NCBI GenBank assembly: GCA_964387325.1
Contig: CAYLYE010000004.1
Span: 1,661 to 65,660 of the forward strand
DNA from: an uncultured Planctomycetaceae bacterium
GTDB lineage: Bacteria; Planctomycetota; Planctomycetia; Pirellulales; PNKZ01
Direction of reading: 5' to 3'
Length of the DNA: 64,000 nt
Part shown: piece by piece, positions 28,770 through 38,062 of the stretch
Layout: each line of letters begins with the position of its first letter
Position numbering within the stretch: position 1 is the first letter of the stretch
Made by a program: the position numbers and the translations under genes
The notes under the pieces: generated by a model
Told to the model about the DNA's origin: nothing
What the model saw: only the letters and a program-made list of their open reading frames with translations
The model's database searches: none

Positions 28770-30413
28770 TTATTGGGTAAAACCGTGATCGCCATCGACA
28801 AAGAACTTTTCACACTTCTGAAAGTGACCATTCGCCTTGCGCTGCTGTCGCAACTCACGCCAAGCCTGCGAATTGACCCCGGGGAACACCGTGCTGCGAT
28901 GGTTCACGTCCGGAAAACCCTCGATCATGCCCATCAAATAAAACGCGCCAGGCCCTGGCTCGGTCACTTCCATGCCAGGCAGCAACGGCGGAAGTTGCTC
29001 GGCCTCGATGGGACGTGTCAACTCGGGGCTCACCAGCACCAGCAGCTCGGTCTCGTCACGCTGCACCTTGTTATGGCTAAACATCATGCTCAGAACCGGA
29101 ATATCACCCAGCCCGGGGACGCGAACACTGGTACCGACCTGCTGATCTTGAATCAAACCGGCGATCGCCAACCATTGGCCGGCTCGCATGTCGACCGTGG
29201 TGCTGACGCTACGAGTATTCAGCCCTGGGATGCCGTTCACCCGGTTTTGGTTATTCAACGTGCTGAACGTGGGGACCACCTGCAGCCGGATCATGTCCTT
29301 ATCGAGCAGCGTCGGCGTGAACAACAACTGCGTGCCGAAGCCCTGGAAAAATGTCGTGGCCGCTTGAACACCACCCACGCCCACCGCTGTCGGCACGGCG
29401 AACTGACCACCCGCTATGAAGCTGGCGGTCTGGCCATTCAGGGTGACCAGATTAGGCTCGGCCAAGATTTTTGTGCTGCCGTTACTCGCCGTGGCGCGTA
29501 AAAACAACGATATGTCTTGGTTGTCAAACAAGGCCGTGATATTGCCACCACTCCCCAGAATGCTCGACAACACGATGTTATTCTTGGCTACCGTAAAATC
29601 GACCCCCAACTCACGCAAAGCAGTGCGGGTCAATTCAGCCACGCGCACCTTGAGCAAAATCTGGTGCTCGCCGGGCACGGACAACATATTGATCAAACGC
29701 CCACCGGGCAGCCCCTGGTAGTCAGGCAACGTGGCTAAGGTCGGAGTCGCGCCCCCTAAATTGCTCGACGCAGCATCTCCCGACGCTCCCTGTCCGCGCA
29801 GAATCGACAAAATATGCTCATACTCTTCCGTGTCTCGCGCCTGACCGCGCAAGATCACCTTGTCGGCCACGGGAATCAGTTGAATTTGACTATTGGGAAA
29901 CAACTCATTGAGCTTCACCTCGATGCGACGATACGCCTCGGCCAATTGTTCTTCGACCGCTTCGTCGGGACCAACGACCACCAAATATCGCAACACGTCT
30001 TCCGTATTCGGCGGATCACCGAACCAAAACGTCAGCACGGTCTCGCCTGGCTTTTCGCCACTAATCTCAAATTCTGTCGGCGACAACTGAGTTAAGCCTG
30101 CGATCGCGTCATTGAGAATCGATGTGCGACGCACTTCTTTCTTCATGCGAATCAGTTTCGAACGATGCGGCAATAACGTGATGCGAATTTCAGGGTCTGC
30201 CATCCCAGCGATAAACGCGCGCTCTTTCCCCAATGACTCGGCCGACGGCTTAATATCGTTACCGCGAACCGGAGCATTCAGCAGTGTCGTCGCGGCGACC
30301 GGTCTGATCGACGCAGGGGGGCTCGCTTCCGGAGGCGCCCCTTCGGCCACGAACCCGCCGGCCAACAACATTACGGTCGAAAGCATTCGGCTCGACATCG
30401 CTCTTGCATCCAT
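28770..30413 (-). CDS. cpaC: Tad/Cpa-type secretin (CpaC/RcpA family)
   Basis: N-terminal pilus-formation domain (RITLLPHRSKLIRMKKEVRRTSILNDAIAGLTQLSPTEFEISGEKPGETVLTFWF). Secretin core includes ILLKVRVAELTRTALRELGVDF and VPGLGDIPVLSMMFSHNKVQRDETELLVLVSPELT. The track start at 30500 is TTG. ATG at 30413 is preceded by GAAGGA and followed by a signal peptide. Confidence 0.88.
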   Translation of the reverse strand: MDARAMSSRMLSTVMLLAGGFVAEGAPPEASPPASIRPVAATTLLNAPVRGNDIKPSAESLGKERAFIAGMADPEIRITLLPHRSKLIRMKKEVRRTSILNDAIAGLTQLSPTEFEISGEKPGETVLTFWFGDPPNTEDVLRYLVVVGPDEAVEEQLAEAYRRIEVKLNELFPNSQIQLIPVADKVILRGQARDTEEYEHILSILRGQGASGDAASSNLGGATPTLATLPDYQGLPGGRLINMLSVPGEHQILLKVRVAELTRTALRELGVDFTVAKNNIVLSSILGSGGNITALFDNQDISLFLRATASNGSTKILAEPNLVTLNGQTASFIAGGQFAVPTAVGVGGVQAATTFFQGFGTQLLFTPTLLDKDMIRLQVVPTFSTLNNQNRVNGIPGLNTRSVSTTVDMRAGQWLAIAGLIQDQQVGTSVRVPGLGDIPVLSMMFSHNKVQRDETELLVLVSPELTRPIEAEQLPPLLPGMEVTEPGPGAFYLMGMIEGFPDVNHRSTVFPGVNSQAWRELRQQRKANGHFQKCEKFFVDGDHGFTQ

Positions 30414-30754
30414 GTTCGCTAATCCTTCACGCGATTGGGGCGCAGAATCCGTCCACCTTGGGCCAGAATATGCGGCTCTCTGTTCGTTTATTCGGCGCAA
30501 TCCGGTTGATAGGATTAGGTAAAGTTTGCCGGTTGAGAGAAGGCAACCACTTATAGGGGTTACTTGAGTTAAAATAAGGGCTGTGGGTTGACCTTAGTGG
30601 CCGCCCGAGTGCTCGATCCAGCCAAACACAACCATATTGGGTGGTATGTACTTCTGCGGCCATTTTCTCTCCATCATCTCCGCCTACTGGGATTGGACAT
30701 GGCTCCGCAGTACGATCAGAGATTCTCCGCGAACCCTACATTCCTGCCTTCGAG

Positions 30755-31927
30755 ATGTTCTGTATGACGGTTACCAGTGACACGTTCGATCAACTCCAAA
30801 AGGACATGCGGCAGCAGGGGCCAGTCGCCGCACTCGATAGCCTGGCAAAGCAACTCTCGACAGACGGCAATTACCACGAGCTGTTCGATGTGCGGTTGAT
30901 GCAGGCGCGCCATCGCCTGGGACTGCCGATCATCGTCACCAAGGGATTGGACGATCTCCCCGAGCCGCAACGCTCGCAGGTCGAGGCGGCATACCTCGAC
31001 GCTTGCCGCGAGGTCGGCCACGAGTTGCTCAAAAAAGATGTCCGTCAAGCTTGGATGTATCTGCGACCGCTGGGCGACAAAAAAATCGTGGCCGACGCTC
31101 TCCGCAAGCTCGACACCGAAGAGGATTACGACACGATCATCGAACTCTCGATCTACGAAGGCATCGCCCCGCGGCTAGGGTTCGAGTTACTCATCGAGCG
31201 ACAAGGAACATGCAACGCCATCTCCACGTTTGACGCCGAGATGAACCAGCGAAGCAAGGAAGATCGCCAAGCCGTCGCCGCTTTGCTCGTCGAACGCTTG
31301 CATCACGATTTGACGCTCAGTCTGCGAACCGACATTCAGCGTCAGGAAGGGAGCAACCCGGCCGAATGCACCATTGCCGAATTGTGTGCCGATCGCGACT
31401 GGCTTTTTGCCAATGACAACTACCATATCGATACGTCGCACCTGAGCTCGGTCATGCGTTTTGCGATCGTGGTTGACGATCCGGCCGTGTTGCGTAAGGC
31501 GATCGATCTGGCCGCCTACGGCTGCCACTTGAGCCCTCAGCTACAATACCCGGGCGACCCTCCGTTCGAGAATTTGTACCCGAGCAGCAGCTTGTTCTTT
31601 CACGCGCTGTTGGGAGAACAACTCGACAAGGCGCTACCGCACTTCGAGGCCATTGCGACACGCGAGGCGGAAGAGAACAACCCGGGCCCGGCTGAAATCT
31701 ATGTCGGCCTGTTGGCCCGATTGGGACGCTGGGGCGAGGCGCTCGACGCTTCGGCCCGACTGATTCCGGCCGGCACTCAACGATCGGGCTTAGCTCCTTC
31801 GCTGCTGGAAATGGCCCACTTCGGCCAACAATACGACCGTATGCAGCGTGTGGCCCGCGAGCGTAGCGATATCGTCGGCTTTGCTGCCGCGTTGGTCGAG
31901 CAAGCTGCATCGGCCAAGCAAGCCTAA
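30755..31927 (+). CDS. Hypothetical helical protein
   Basis: Long ORF with coding-like composition, an ATG at 30755 (or 30764) and no recognisable motif. Its stop lies 9 nt before the cytochrome gene start. Confidence 0.6.
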   Translation: MFCMTVTSDTFDQLQKDMRQQGPVAALDSLAKQLSTDGNYHELFDVRLMQARHRLGLPIIVTKGLDDLPEPQRSQVEAAYLDACREVGHELLKKDVRQAWMYLRPLGDKKIVADALRKLDTEEDYDTIIELSIYEGIAPRLGFELLIERQGTCNAISTFDAEMNQRSKEDRQAVAALLVERLHHDLTLSLRTDIQRQEGSNPAECTIAELCADRDWLFANDNYHIDTSHLSSVMRFAIVVDDPAVLRKAIDLAAYGCHLSPQLQYPGDPPFENLYPSSSLFFHALLGEQLDKALPHFEAIATREAEENNPGPAEIYVGLLARLGRWGEALDASARLIPAGTQRSGLAPSLLEMAHFGQQYDRMQRVARERSDIVGFAAALVEQAASAKQA

Positions 31928-31936
31928 GAGTTGCCC

Positions 31937-34270
31937 ATGTCCCGACCGTTGCTTATCACACTGCTGGCCTGTGTTTCGCTGGCTGGGAGTTACGCGGCGG
32001 TCGATTGGTGGTCGGCCTATCCGCTCGACACGCCGATGAATTTTGTCGGCCGCAACGCCTGCGCCAGTTGTCACGCTGAGCAGACCAAGCACTGGACCGG
32101 CTCGGATCATGACCTGGCGATGGATCTCGCCTCCTCCTCGACAGTCCTCGGCAACTTCGATAACCAGCCGTTCTCTCATTTCGGCGTCACCTCGACGATG
32201 AGCCGCGAGGGAGACACGTTCTACATCACGACCGATAACGCTCGAGGTGAATTGGAAAAGTTCCCCATCAAGTATGTCTTCGGTGTGCGCCCTTTGCAGC
32301 AGTACATGGTCGAGTTCCCCGACGGCCGCGTGCAGGTGCTTTCGATCGCCTGGGACACGCAGGGTAAGCGATGGTTCCACCTCTACCCGAACGAAAACAT
32401 TCCCCACACAGACGAGCTGCACTGGACCCGGCCGGCACAGAATTGGAACTTTATGTGCGCCGACTGTCACTCGACCAACTTGCAGAAGAATTACGATCTG
32501 GCGACCAATACATTTCACACGACATGGTCCGAAATCGACGTGAGCTGCGAGGCCTGTCACGGGCCGGGCTCGTTGCACATCGATCTGGTCAAGTCCCGTT
32601 CGCTGTTTTGGGATCGCAACCACGGCTACGGCCTCGCGCCGCTCAAGAGCGCGAGCAACAAGCACGAGGTCGAGACCTGCGCCAAGTGCCATGCCCGGCG
32701 ACGCATTGTTCACGCTAACTACCATCCTGGCCGAGAGTTTTTAGACTACTACGAACCCACGCTCCTCGACGGTCGCGAGTATCATGCCGATGGACAAATT
32801 CTCGATGAGGATTACGAGTACGGCTCGTTTTTGCAAAGCCGCATGCATCGCGAGAACGTGCGGTGCAGCGATTGCCACGACGCGCACTCGACCAAACTGA
32901 AATTGCCCGGCAATGCGTTGTGTTTGCGCTGCCACACACTCGCCAAAGGCAATTACGACTCGCCAGCTCACCATCATCACGCGCACGGCACGCAGGCAGC
33001 TCAGTGTGTTGAGTGCCACATGCCGGTGAAGAACTACATGGTCGTCGACCCACGGCGCGATCATAGCCTCCGCGTGCCGCGCCCCGACCTGAGCGTCAAA
33101 CTTGGCACCCCCAATGCCTGCCAGGCGTGTCATGCCAAGGATGCAAAAACGCTGGCCAAGAAAGACGATCAGCCGCTCATTTACACCGACGAGCAATTGA
33201 GCCAAAAGGTCGTTGAGTGGTATCCGAATAAAAAACATCGGCAACCCCACTACGGCGAGGCCATCGCGGCCGCGCGCGATTTACGCCCCGAGGGTGAAGC
33301 CCTGCTGCGGCGTATTGTGCAGGGAGGGCAAGAGACCGATCGGGCAAAGGCCGTCGGGGGCTACGTCCGAGCGAGCGCCTTGTCGCTGCTGGGTAACTAC
33401 CCCACCGACGCAGCCCGCGATCTGGTCATTGCGATGCTCGGCGACAAAGAGCCGCAGGTGCGAATTGCTGCCGTGCGGCGCATGGAGCTGCCGCGAGAAT
33501 TTTCCGAGGGACAGGCTGCCAAGGTGCGCGATCGATTACTGCCGCTGCTCGACGACCCGGTGCGCGGCGTGCGTACCGAGGCTGCTCGCATCCTGGCTCG
33601 CGTCCCTTCGGCGCTCCTCGATCAAAAGCAACGCGCCAAGTTCGATGCAGTTATTGCCGAATGGGAAGCTGGTCAGCGCGAGAGCGATGATCGCGCTGAT
33701 GCCCACATGGCGATCGGCATCGTGCGCGAGAACCTGGGACGCACGGCCGAGGCAATCAGCGAGTACCGCACGGCCCTGCGGCTGGACGAGCTCTCAATCC
33801 CGGCGCGGGTCAATCTGGCCATGCTCGAGCATCAACGGCAGAATTCGACCGAGGCCGAACGGTTGTATCGCGAGGTGATCAAGCTGCGGCCCGATTGGGA
33901 CGAGGCGCACTATTCGCTCGGCTTGTTGCTGGCCGAGTCGCGAGTCCAAGACGCGATCGAGCCATTGCGACAGGCCACGACATTATCACCGCGCAATGCG
34001 CGCATGCAGTACAACTTGGGGATGGCCCTGCAACAGTCGGGGAAACTCCCCGAGGCCGAGGGGATCTTGCGCCGCGCCTGCGAACTCGACCTCGGCATGG
34101 TCGACGCCCGGCAGGCACTCACCTTGTTGTTGGCCGAGCAAAAACGCTGGGTCGAGGCGTTCGAAAGCGCGCAGCGGCTCGTGGCGCTGGATCCGTCGCA
34201 ACAAAGGCTCTTGCAGCAAATCGGCGCGCAGCTACAACGGTCGAAGTCGACAGGCCCCGCTCCACCGTAA
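31937..34270 (+). CDS. Octaheme c-type cytochrome fused to C-terminal HEAT/TPR repeats
   Basis: Signal-anchor MSRPLLITLLACVSLAGSYAA. Eight CxxCH motifs are present (CASCH, CADCH, CEACH, CAKCH, CSDCH, CLRCH, CVECH, CQACH). The C-terminal TPRs include AHMAIGIVRENLGRTAEAISEYRTAL, AHYSLGLLLAES and MQYNLGMALQQSGKLPEAEGILRRA. Confidence 0.85.
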   Translation: MSRPLLITLLACVSLAGSYAAVDWWSAYPLDTPMNFVGRNACASCHAEQTKHWTGSDHDLAMDLASSSTVLGNFDNQPFSHFGVTSTMSREGDTFYITTDNARGELEKFPIKYVFGVRPLQQYMVEFPDGRVQVLSIAWDTQGKRWFHLYPNENIPHTDELHWTRPAQNWNFMCADCHSTNLQKNYDLATNTFHTTWSEIDVSCEACHGPGSLHIDLVKSRSLFWDRNHGYGLAPLKSASNKHEVETCAKCHARRRIVHANYHPGREFLDYYEPTLLDGREYHADGQILDEDYEYGSFLQSRMHRENVRCSDCHDAHSTKLKLPGNALCLRCHTLAKGNYDSPAHHHHAHGTQAAQCVECHMPVKNYMVVDPRRDHSLRVPRPDLSVKLGTPNACQACHAKDAKTLAKKDDQPLIYTDEQLSQKVVEWYPNKKHRQPHYGEAIAAARDLRPEGEALLRRIVQGGQETDRAKAVGGYVRASALSLLGNYPTDAARDLVIAMLGDKEPQVRIAAVRRMELPREFSEGQAAKVRDRLLPLLDDPVRGVRTEAARILARVPSALLDQKQRAKFDAVIAEWEAGQRESDDRADAHMAIGIVRENLGRTAEAISEYRTALRLDELSIPARVNLAMLEHQRQNSTEAERLYREVIKLRPDWDEAHYSLGLLLAESRVQDAIEPLRQATTLSPRNARMQYNLGMALQQSGKLPEAEGILRRACELDLGMVDARQALTLLLAEQKRWVEAFESAQRLVALDPSQQRLLQQIGAQLQRSKSTGPAPP

Positions 34271-34309
34271 GATTCAAAGCCGGTCCTGTCCCGAGATCCG
34301 AACTGGGTT

Positions 34310-35155
34310 TTGCTGCGCAAAACACCAGCCACCCTGTCGCTCCACCCTAGGATTGGTACCGTGCCCTCCGTACCCCGCGCCCCACACCCCTCACCCCTCT
34401 CCTCACTGATCGTTATTCCCGCGCGGCTCCAGAGTACGCGGTTACCACGCAAGCTGCTCCTGCGCGAGACGGGCCAGACACTCATTCAGCACACGTTCGA
34501 GGCCGCTCGCCGCTCACGCAAGCCGCTCGGCATTGTCGTGGCGACCGATCATGAGCAGATTCTGCATGAGGTACGGCGTTTTGGTGGCACGGCTGAAATG
34601 ACGAGCGTCGATTGCCAGAGCGGCACCGATCGCGTGGCCGAGGTGGCTCTTCGACGCGCCGACATCGACATCTTCGTCAACGTGCAAGGCGACGAGCCCG
34701 AACTTTCGGGCGAGACCATCGATCTGGCCGTGACTTTGCTCGAACAGAATCCAGACATCCAGATGGCAACGCTCGCCACGCCGATCCGCGAGCGATCGAA
34801 GCTCAACGACCCCGCCTGTGTTAAAGTCGTTTGCGATGCCCGGTCCCGGGCGCTGTATTTCAGTCGCAGCGTGATCCCCCATCCGCGCGAGTGGGACGAC
34901 GCGCTGCTGACCGCCGAACCGCCCCGGTTCTTACAGCATCTCGGGCTCTACGCCTACCGCCGCGATTTTCTGTTGCAACTCGCCTCGTTACCCCCTTGCA
35001 ATCTAGAACGGATCGAAAAGCTCGAACAACTGCGTGTACTGCATGCGGGGCACTCGATTATCGTGGGCATTGTGAACGAGCCGAGCATTGGCATCGATAC
35101 GCCCGACGACTATCGGGCGTTTGTCGAGCGTTGGCAACGTGGCGAGGTGAAATAG
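34310..35155 (+). CDS. kdsB: 3-deoxy-manno-octulosonate cytidylyltransferase (CMP-KDO synthetase)
   Basis: VIPARLQSTRLPRKLL and VNVQGDEPEL motifs. The start is uncertain: the track start is TTG, and an in-frame GTG at 34361 is closer to the usual N-terminus. Confidence 0.88.
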   Translation: MLRKTPATLSLHPRIGTVPSVPRAPHPSPLSSLIVIPARLQSTRLPRKLLLRETGQTLIQHTFEAARRSRKPLGIVVATDHEQILHEVRRFGGTAEMTSVDCQSGTDRVAEVALRRADIDIFVNVQGDEPELSGETIDLAVTLLEQNPDIQMATLATPIRERSKLNDPACVKVVCDARSRALYFSRSVIPHPREWDDALLTAEPPRFLQHLGLYAYRRDFLLQLASLPPCNLERIEKLEQLRVLHAGHSIIVGIVNEPSIGIDTPDDYRAFVERWQRGEVK

Positions 35156-35193
35156 CAATCTTTCAACAAGGGTGACGATCCGGCAGAGGAACG

Positions 35194-35345
35194 AACCACC
35201 GAGACGCAGAGGACACAGAGAGGGTAGAAGTTGCCGCAAAAAGATTCATGACCCAGCATTCTGTTGCCTCTCGTTCGCTTAACCCCCTCTGCTCTTCTCA
35301 ATGTTACTTGTCTTTCTTCTCTGTGTTCTCTGTGTCTCGGTGGTT
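35194..35345. repeat. Long inverted repeat element, copy C
   Basis: Arms 35194-35223 (aaccaccgagacgcagaggacacagagagg) and 35316-35345 (cttctctgtgttctctgtgtctcggtggtt) are complementary at 27/30 nt. It lies between convergent kdsB and the CoA-transferase gene. Confidence 0.85.
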
Positions 35346-35379
35346 AACTTTTCTTCGAGACCTGAGATTACTCTCACGA

Positions 35380-36597
35380 TCATTCGCCATGTTGGCTCGC
35401 GGCGCCGATCGTGCAGAGGGTGGTGATCCGCGCCTCGTCGTATGTCAACCATTCACGGAGCACTTCGCGCGTGTGCTCACCAATCCGCGGCGGAGCGGTG
35501 GGTCGGCGCGGAGCTTCGTCGCGCCAATGCACCGGGCTCCCCAGCAATCGATAACGTGTGCCGTCGGCGCCGACCACGTCGGTCACCATGTCGCGCGCGG
35601 CCACCGTCGGACCGCGCAGTGCTTCGTCAATACGTAGCACCGGCGAGTGCGGGATATCGGAGCGTGTGAGGATCGACTGCCAGTCCTGCGTCGAGCGGTT
35701 TGCCAGCTCAACTTGCAACAAGTCAATGAGTTCGCGGCGATGGGCGACCCGTTGCGGGTTGCTGAGGAAGCGCGGATCGCTGGCCCAGTCGTGCCGGTTG
35801 ATCGCGGCGCAGAAGCGTTGCCATTGTCGATCGGCGCCCACGGCGAGGGCGATGTGGCCATCCGCGGTGGCGAACGCTTCATAGGGGACGATCTGCGGAT
35901 GAGCATTGCCCCAGCGGCGCGGTGGTTGCCCGGTCACGAGCGTCGCCTGGGCTACGTTGACCAAACTGGCCAGCGTACAGTCGGCCAAGGCGAGGTCGAA
36001 CGCCTTGCCTCCTTGTCCGCGCTCGCGTCCCACGAGCCCCGCGAGCACACTGGCGGCGGTGAACAGACCGGTGAGCACGTCGCTGATCGCGACACCAACT
36101 TTCATCGGCTCGCCATCGACAGCTCCGGTGATCGACATCAGGCCGCTGCCCGCCTGGATCATCAAATCGTAGCCGGGCAGATGAGCGCCGGGTCCGGTTC
36201 GGCCGAAGGCCGAGATCGACGCGCTCACCAAGCTTGGATTAAGTGTTGCGAGCCGTTCGGCCGTCAGGCCCAATCGAGTCAGCGAGTCGCTGAGAAAGTT
36301 TTCCACGAGCACGTCGGCGCGGCGGATCAATTCATCGAGCACGTCGCGGCACTCGGAGTGCATCAGGTCGAGTGCGAGCGAGCGCTTGCCTCGATTGCAC
36401 GACAGATAGTAGGCGCTTTGCTCGGCATCGACGAACGGTGGTCCCCATTGGCGAGTGTCGTCCCCCAAGCCGGGTCGTTCGACTTTGACGACGTCCGCGC
36501 CCAGGTCGGCGAGCAACTGCGTACAGACGGGCCCGGCCAGGACGCGCGACAGATCAAGGACACGAATTCCGGCGAGAGGCAAATCGGCGGCACTCAT
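35380..36597 (-). CDS. Family III CoA-transferase (CaiB/BaiF type)
   Basis: LAGIRVLDLSRVLAGPVCTQLLADLGADVVKVERP is the typical N-terminal signature. Confidence 0.88.
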   Translation of the reverse strand: MSAADLPLAGIRVLDLSRVLAGPVCTQLLADLGADVVKVERPGLGDDTRQWGPPFVDAEQSAYYLSCNRGKRSLALDLMHSECRDVLDELIRRADVLVENFLSDSLTRLGLTAERLATLNPSLVSASISAFGRTGPGAHLPGYDLMIQAGSGLMSITGAVDGEPMKVGVAISDVLTGLFTAASVLAGLVGRERGQGGKAFDLALADCTLASLVNVAQATLVTGQPPRRWGNAHPQIVPYEAFATADGHIALAVGADRQWQRFCAAINRHDWASDPRFLSNPQRVAHRRELIDLLQVELANRSTQDWQSILTRSDIPHSPVLRIDEALRGPTVAARDMVTDVVGADGTRYRLLGSPVHWRDEAPRRPTAPPRIGEHTREVLREWLTYDEARITTLCTIGAASQHGE

Positions 36598-36612
36598 GAA
36601 ATCTCTCGCCTC

Positions 36613-37404
36613 TTAAGTATGAACAGGAGGCGTGATATCGAATCGCCGGTCGGCGAGCGCGGAGAAACTCGCCCGCAACTCATCGGTCTGCCGGGGGTCG
36701 TACTCGGCGCTGACGATCGCGGCTGCTTCACCTCCCTCGGCCAGGATGTTTCCCGTCGGCGCGACGACGAGGCTGTGCCCGGCATAGGCCTGACCGTGGT
36801 CGATCCCCGCGCTGTTGCAAGCTGCGAGCAAGGCGAGGTTCTCGGCGGCGCGCGCGCGGGTGAACAGCCGCCAGGCCTCGAGGCGCGCCAGGGGCCAGGC
36901 CGAGGTGACCAGAAACATGCTCGCGCCCTGATCGACGAGCAGGCGAAACAACTCAGGAAACCGCAGGTCATAACAGATGGCCAACCCCGCGCGTCCCCAG
37001 GGAGTGTCGACCACGACAGGCTTATTGCCCGGCGTGAGCAACTCCGGTTCGCGCGATTGATAGCCAAAAAGATGTGTTTTTCGATAATGGGCGACGAGCG
37101 TGCCGTGCTGGTCGAACAGCACCGAGGTGTTGTAGAGCCGCTCACCGACGCGCTCGGGAATACTGCCTGCGAGCAGCCACGCGCCCAACGCCCGGGCGCG
37201 GTCGGCCAGTTGTCGCATGAGCGGACCGTCGAGCGGCTCAGCCACGCTCGCATAGTGCTCGAAGCCAAAGTAACCGCAGGGCCACATCTCGCCCAGCAGC
37301 ACGAGGTCGTGCCCTGCCGCTTGAGCAAGCAACTCCCAGGTCAGCTCCTGACACGCGGCCGGAGTCGACTCGTTGAATGCGACTTGAACGCAGGCGATGC
37401 GCAT
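36613..37404 (-). CDS. Carbon-nitrogen hydrolase family protein (nitrilase/omega-amidase-like)
   Basis: MRIACVQVAFNES start (the track start at 37419 is TTG). Glu/Lys/Cys triad contexts are LLGEMW, YRKTHLF and LAICYDLRFPE. Confidence 0.85.
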   Translation of the reverse strand: MRIACVQVAFNESTPAACQELTWELLAQAAGHDLVLLGEMWPCGYFGFEHYASVAEPLDGPLMRQLADRARALGAWLLAGSIPERVGERLYNTSVLFDQHGTLVAHYRKTHLFGYQSREPELLTPGNKPVVVDTPWGRAGLAICYDLRFPELFRLLVDQGASMFLVTSAWPLARLEAWRLFTRARAAENLALLAACNSAGIDHGQAYAGHSLVVAPTGNILAEGGEAAAIVSAEYDPRQTDELRASFSALADRRFDITPPVHT

Positions 37405-37412
37405 GAATTTCT

Positions 37413-38060
37413 TTACCAACTCAAGAAGATGCCGGCCGACCGCAGTGCCGCGACAAACGCGCGGGGCGTCGTATATTGTACCGCCTGCAAGCCGGCCGCG
37501 CGAGCGCCGAGCACGTTCCGCTCCAAATCGTCGACGAACAAAATATCGCCCGCTTCGACCCCGGCTTGCTCAGCCGCATACTGATAGATGGGCGCATCGG
37601 GCTTCATCAGCCGCAACTCGTAACTCATCACCAGCGGGTTGAATATGCCGGGAATGATTCCGAACCGGCCACTACAGAAGAACGCGCGATGCATGTCGCA
37701 GGTGTTCGAGATGATGCCGATGCGATAACGCTGCTGCTTGAGTTGACCAGCGATGCCGAACATGGGGAGGTTCGGGGTAAAGATGTCGCTCGAAGCGTTG
37801 ATGATCGCGGCATCGTCGACTTGGCATGGCATTTCGCGTCGAAAAATCTCGCAAAACTCGGCCGCCGATACGAGCCCGGCATCGCAGCGATGGTTCAGAT
37901 CGCTGGCGAAGACAAACTGCCATACGCGCTGAGGGTCGACCCCAGCCAAGGCGGCGAGTTGCCGCGCGGCGCGCTGGTGATCGAAGAACAACAGCACATT
38001 GCCAAGGTCGAAGAACACGACACGCGGGGGACGAGGCGATTGATCGGTCCGCTCACTCAT
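37413..38060 (-). CDS. HAD-superfamily hydrolase (subfamily IA-like)
   Basis: Motif I VVFFDLGNVLL. Later motifs are GIISNT and LFVDDLERNV. Confidence 0.8.
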   Translation of the reverse strand: MSERTDQSPRPPRVVFFDLGNVLLFFDHQRAARQLAALAGVDPQRVWQFVFASDLNHRCDAGLVSAAEFCEIFRREMPCQVDDAAIINASSDIFTPNLPMFGIAGQLKQQRYRIGIISNTCDMHRAFFCSGRFGIIPGIFNPLVMSYELRLMKPDAPIYQYAAEQAGVEAGDILFVDDLERNVLGARAAGLQAVQYTTPRAFVAALRSAGIFLSW

Positions 38061-38062
38061 GG

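Noticed and set aside
30414-30754. Flp-type pilin or other small ORF upstream of the secretin
   Set aside because: Reading both strands gave no short ORF with a hydrophobic N-terminus and G/xxxxEY processing motif. The region is treated as a divergent promoter region.
31790-32725. 311-aa ORF antisense to the end of the orphan gene and the start of the cytochrome gene
   Set aside because: The plus strand here encodes successive CxxCH heme motifs. The antisense ORF is featureless.
35647-37584. 645-aa ORF on the plus strand
   Set aside because: It runs antisense across three minus-strand genes that each carry clear family motifs (CoA-transferase, C-N hydrolase, HAD). Its translation is Arg/Gly/Ala/Pro-rich with no motif. 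This is a typical shadow ORF of high-GC DNA.
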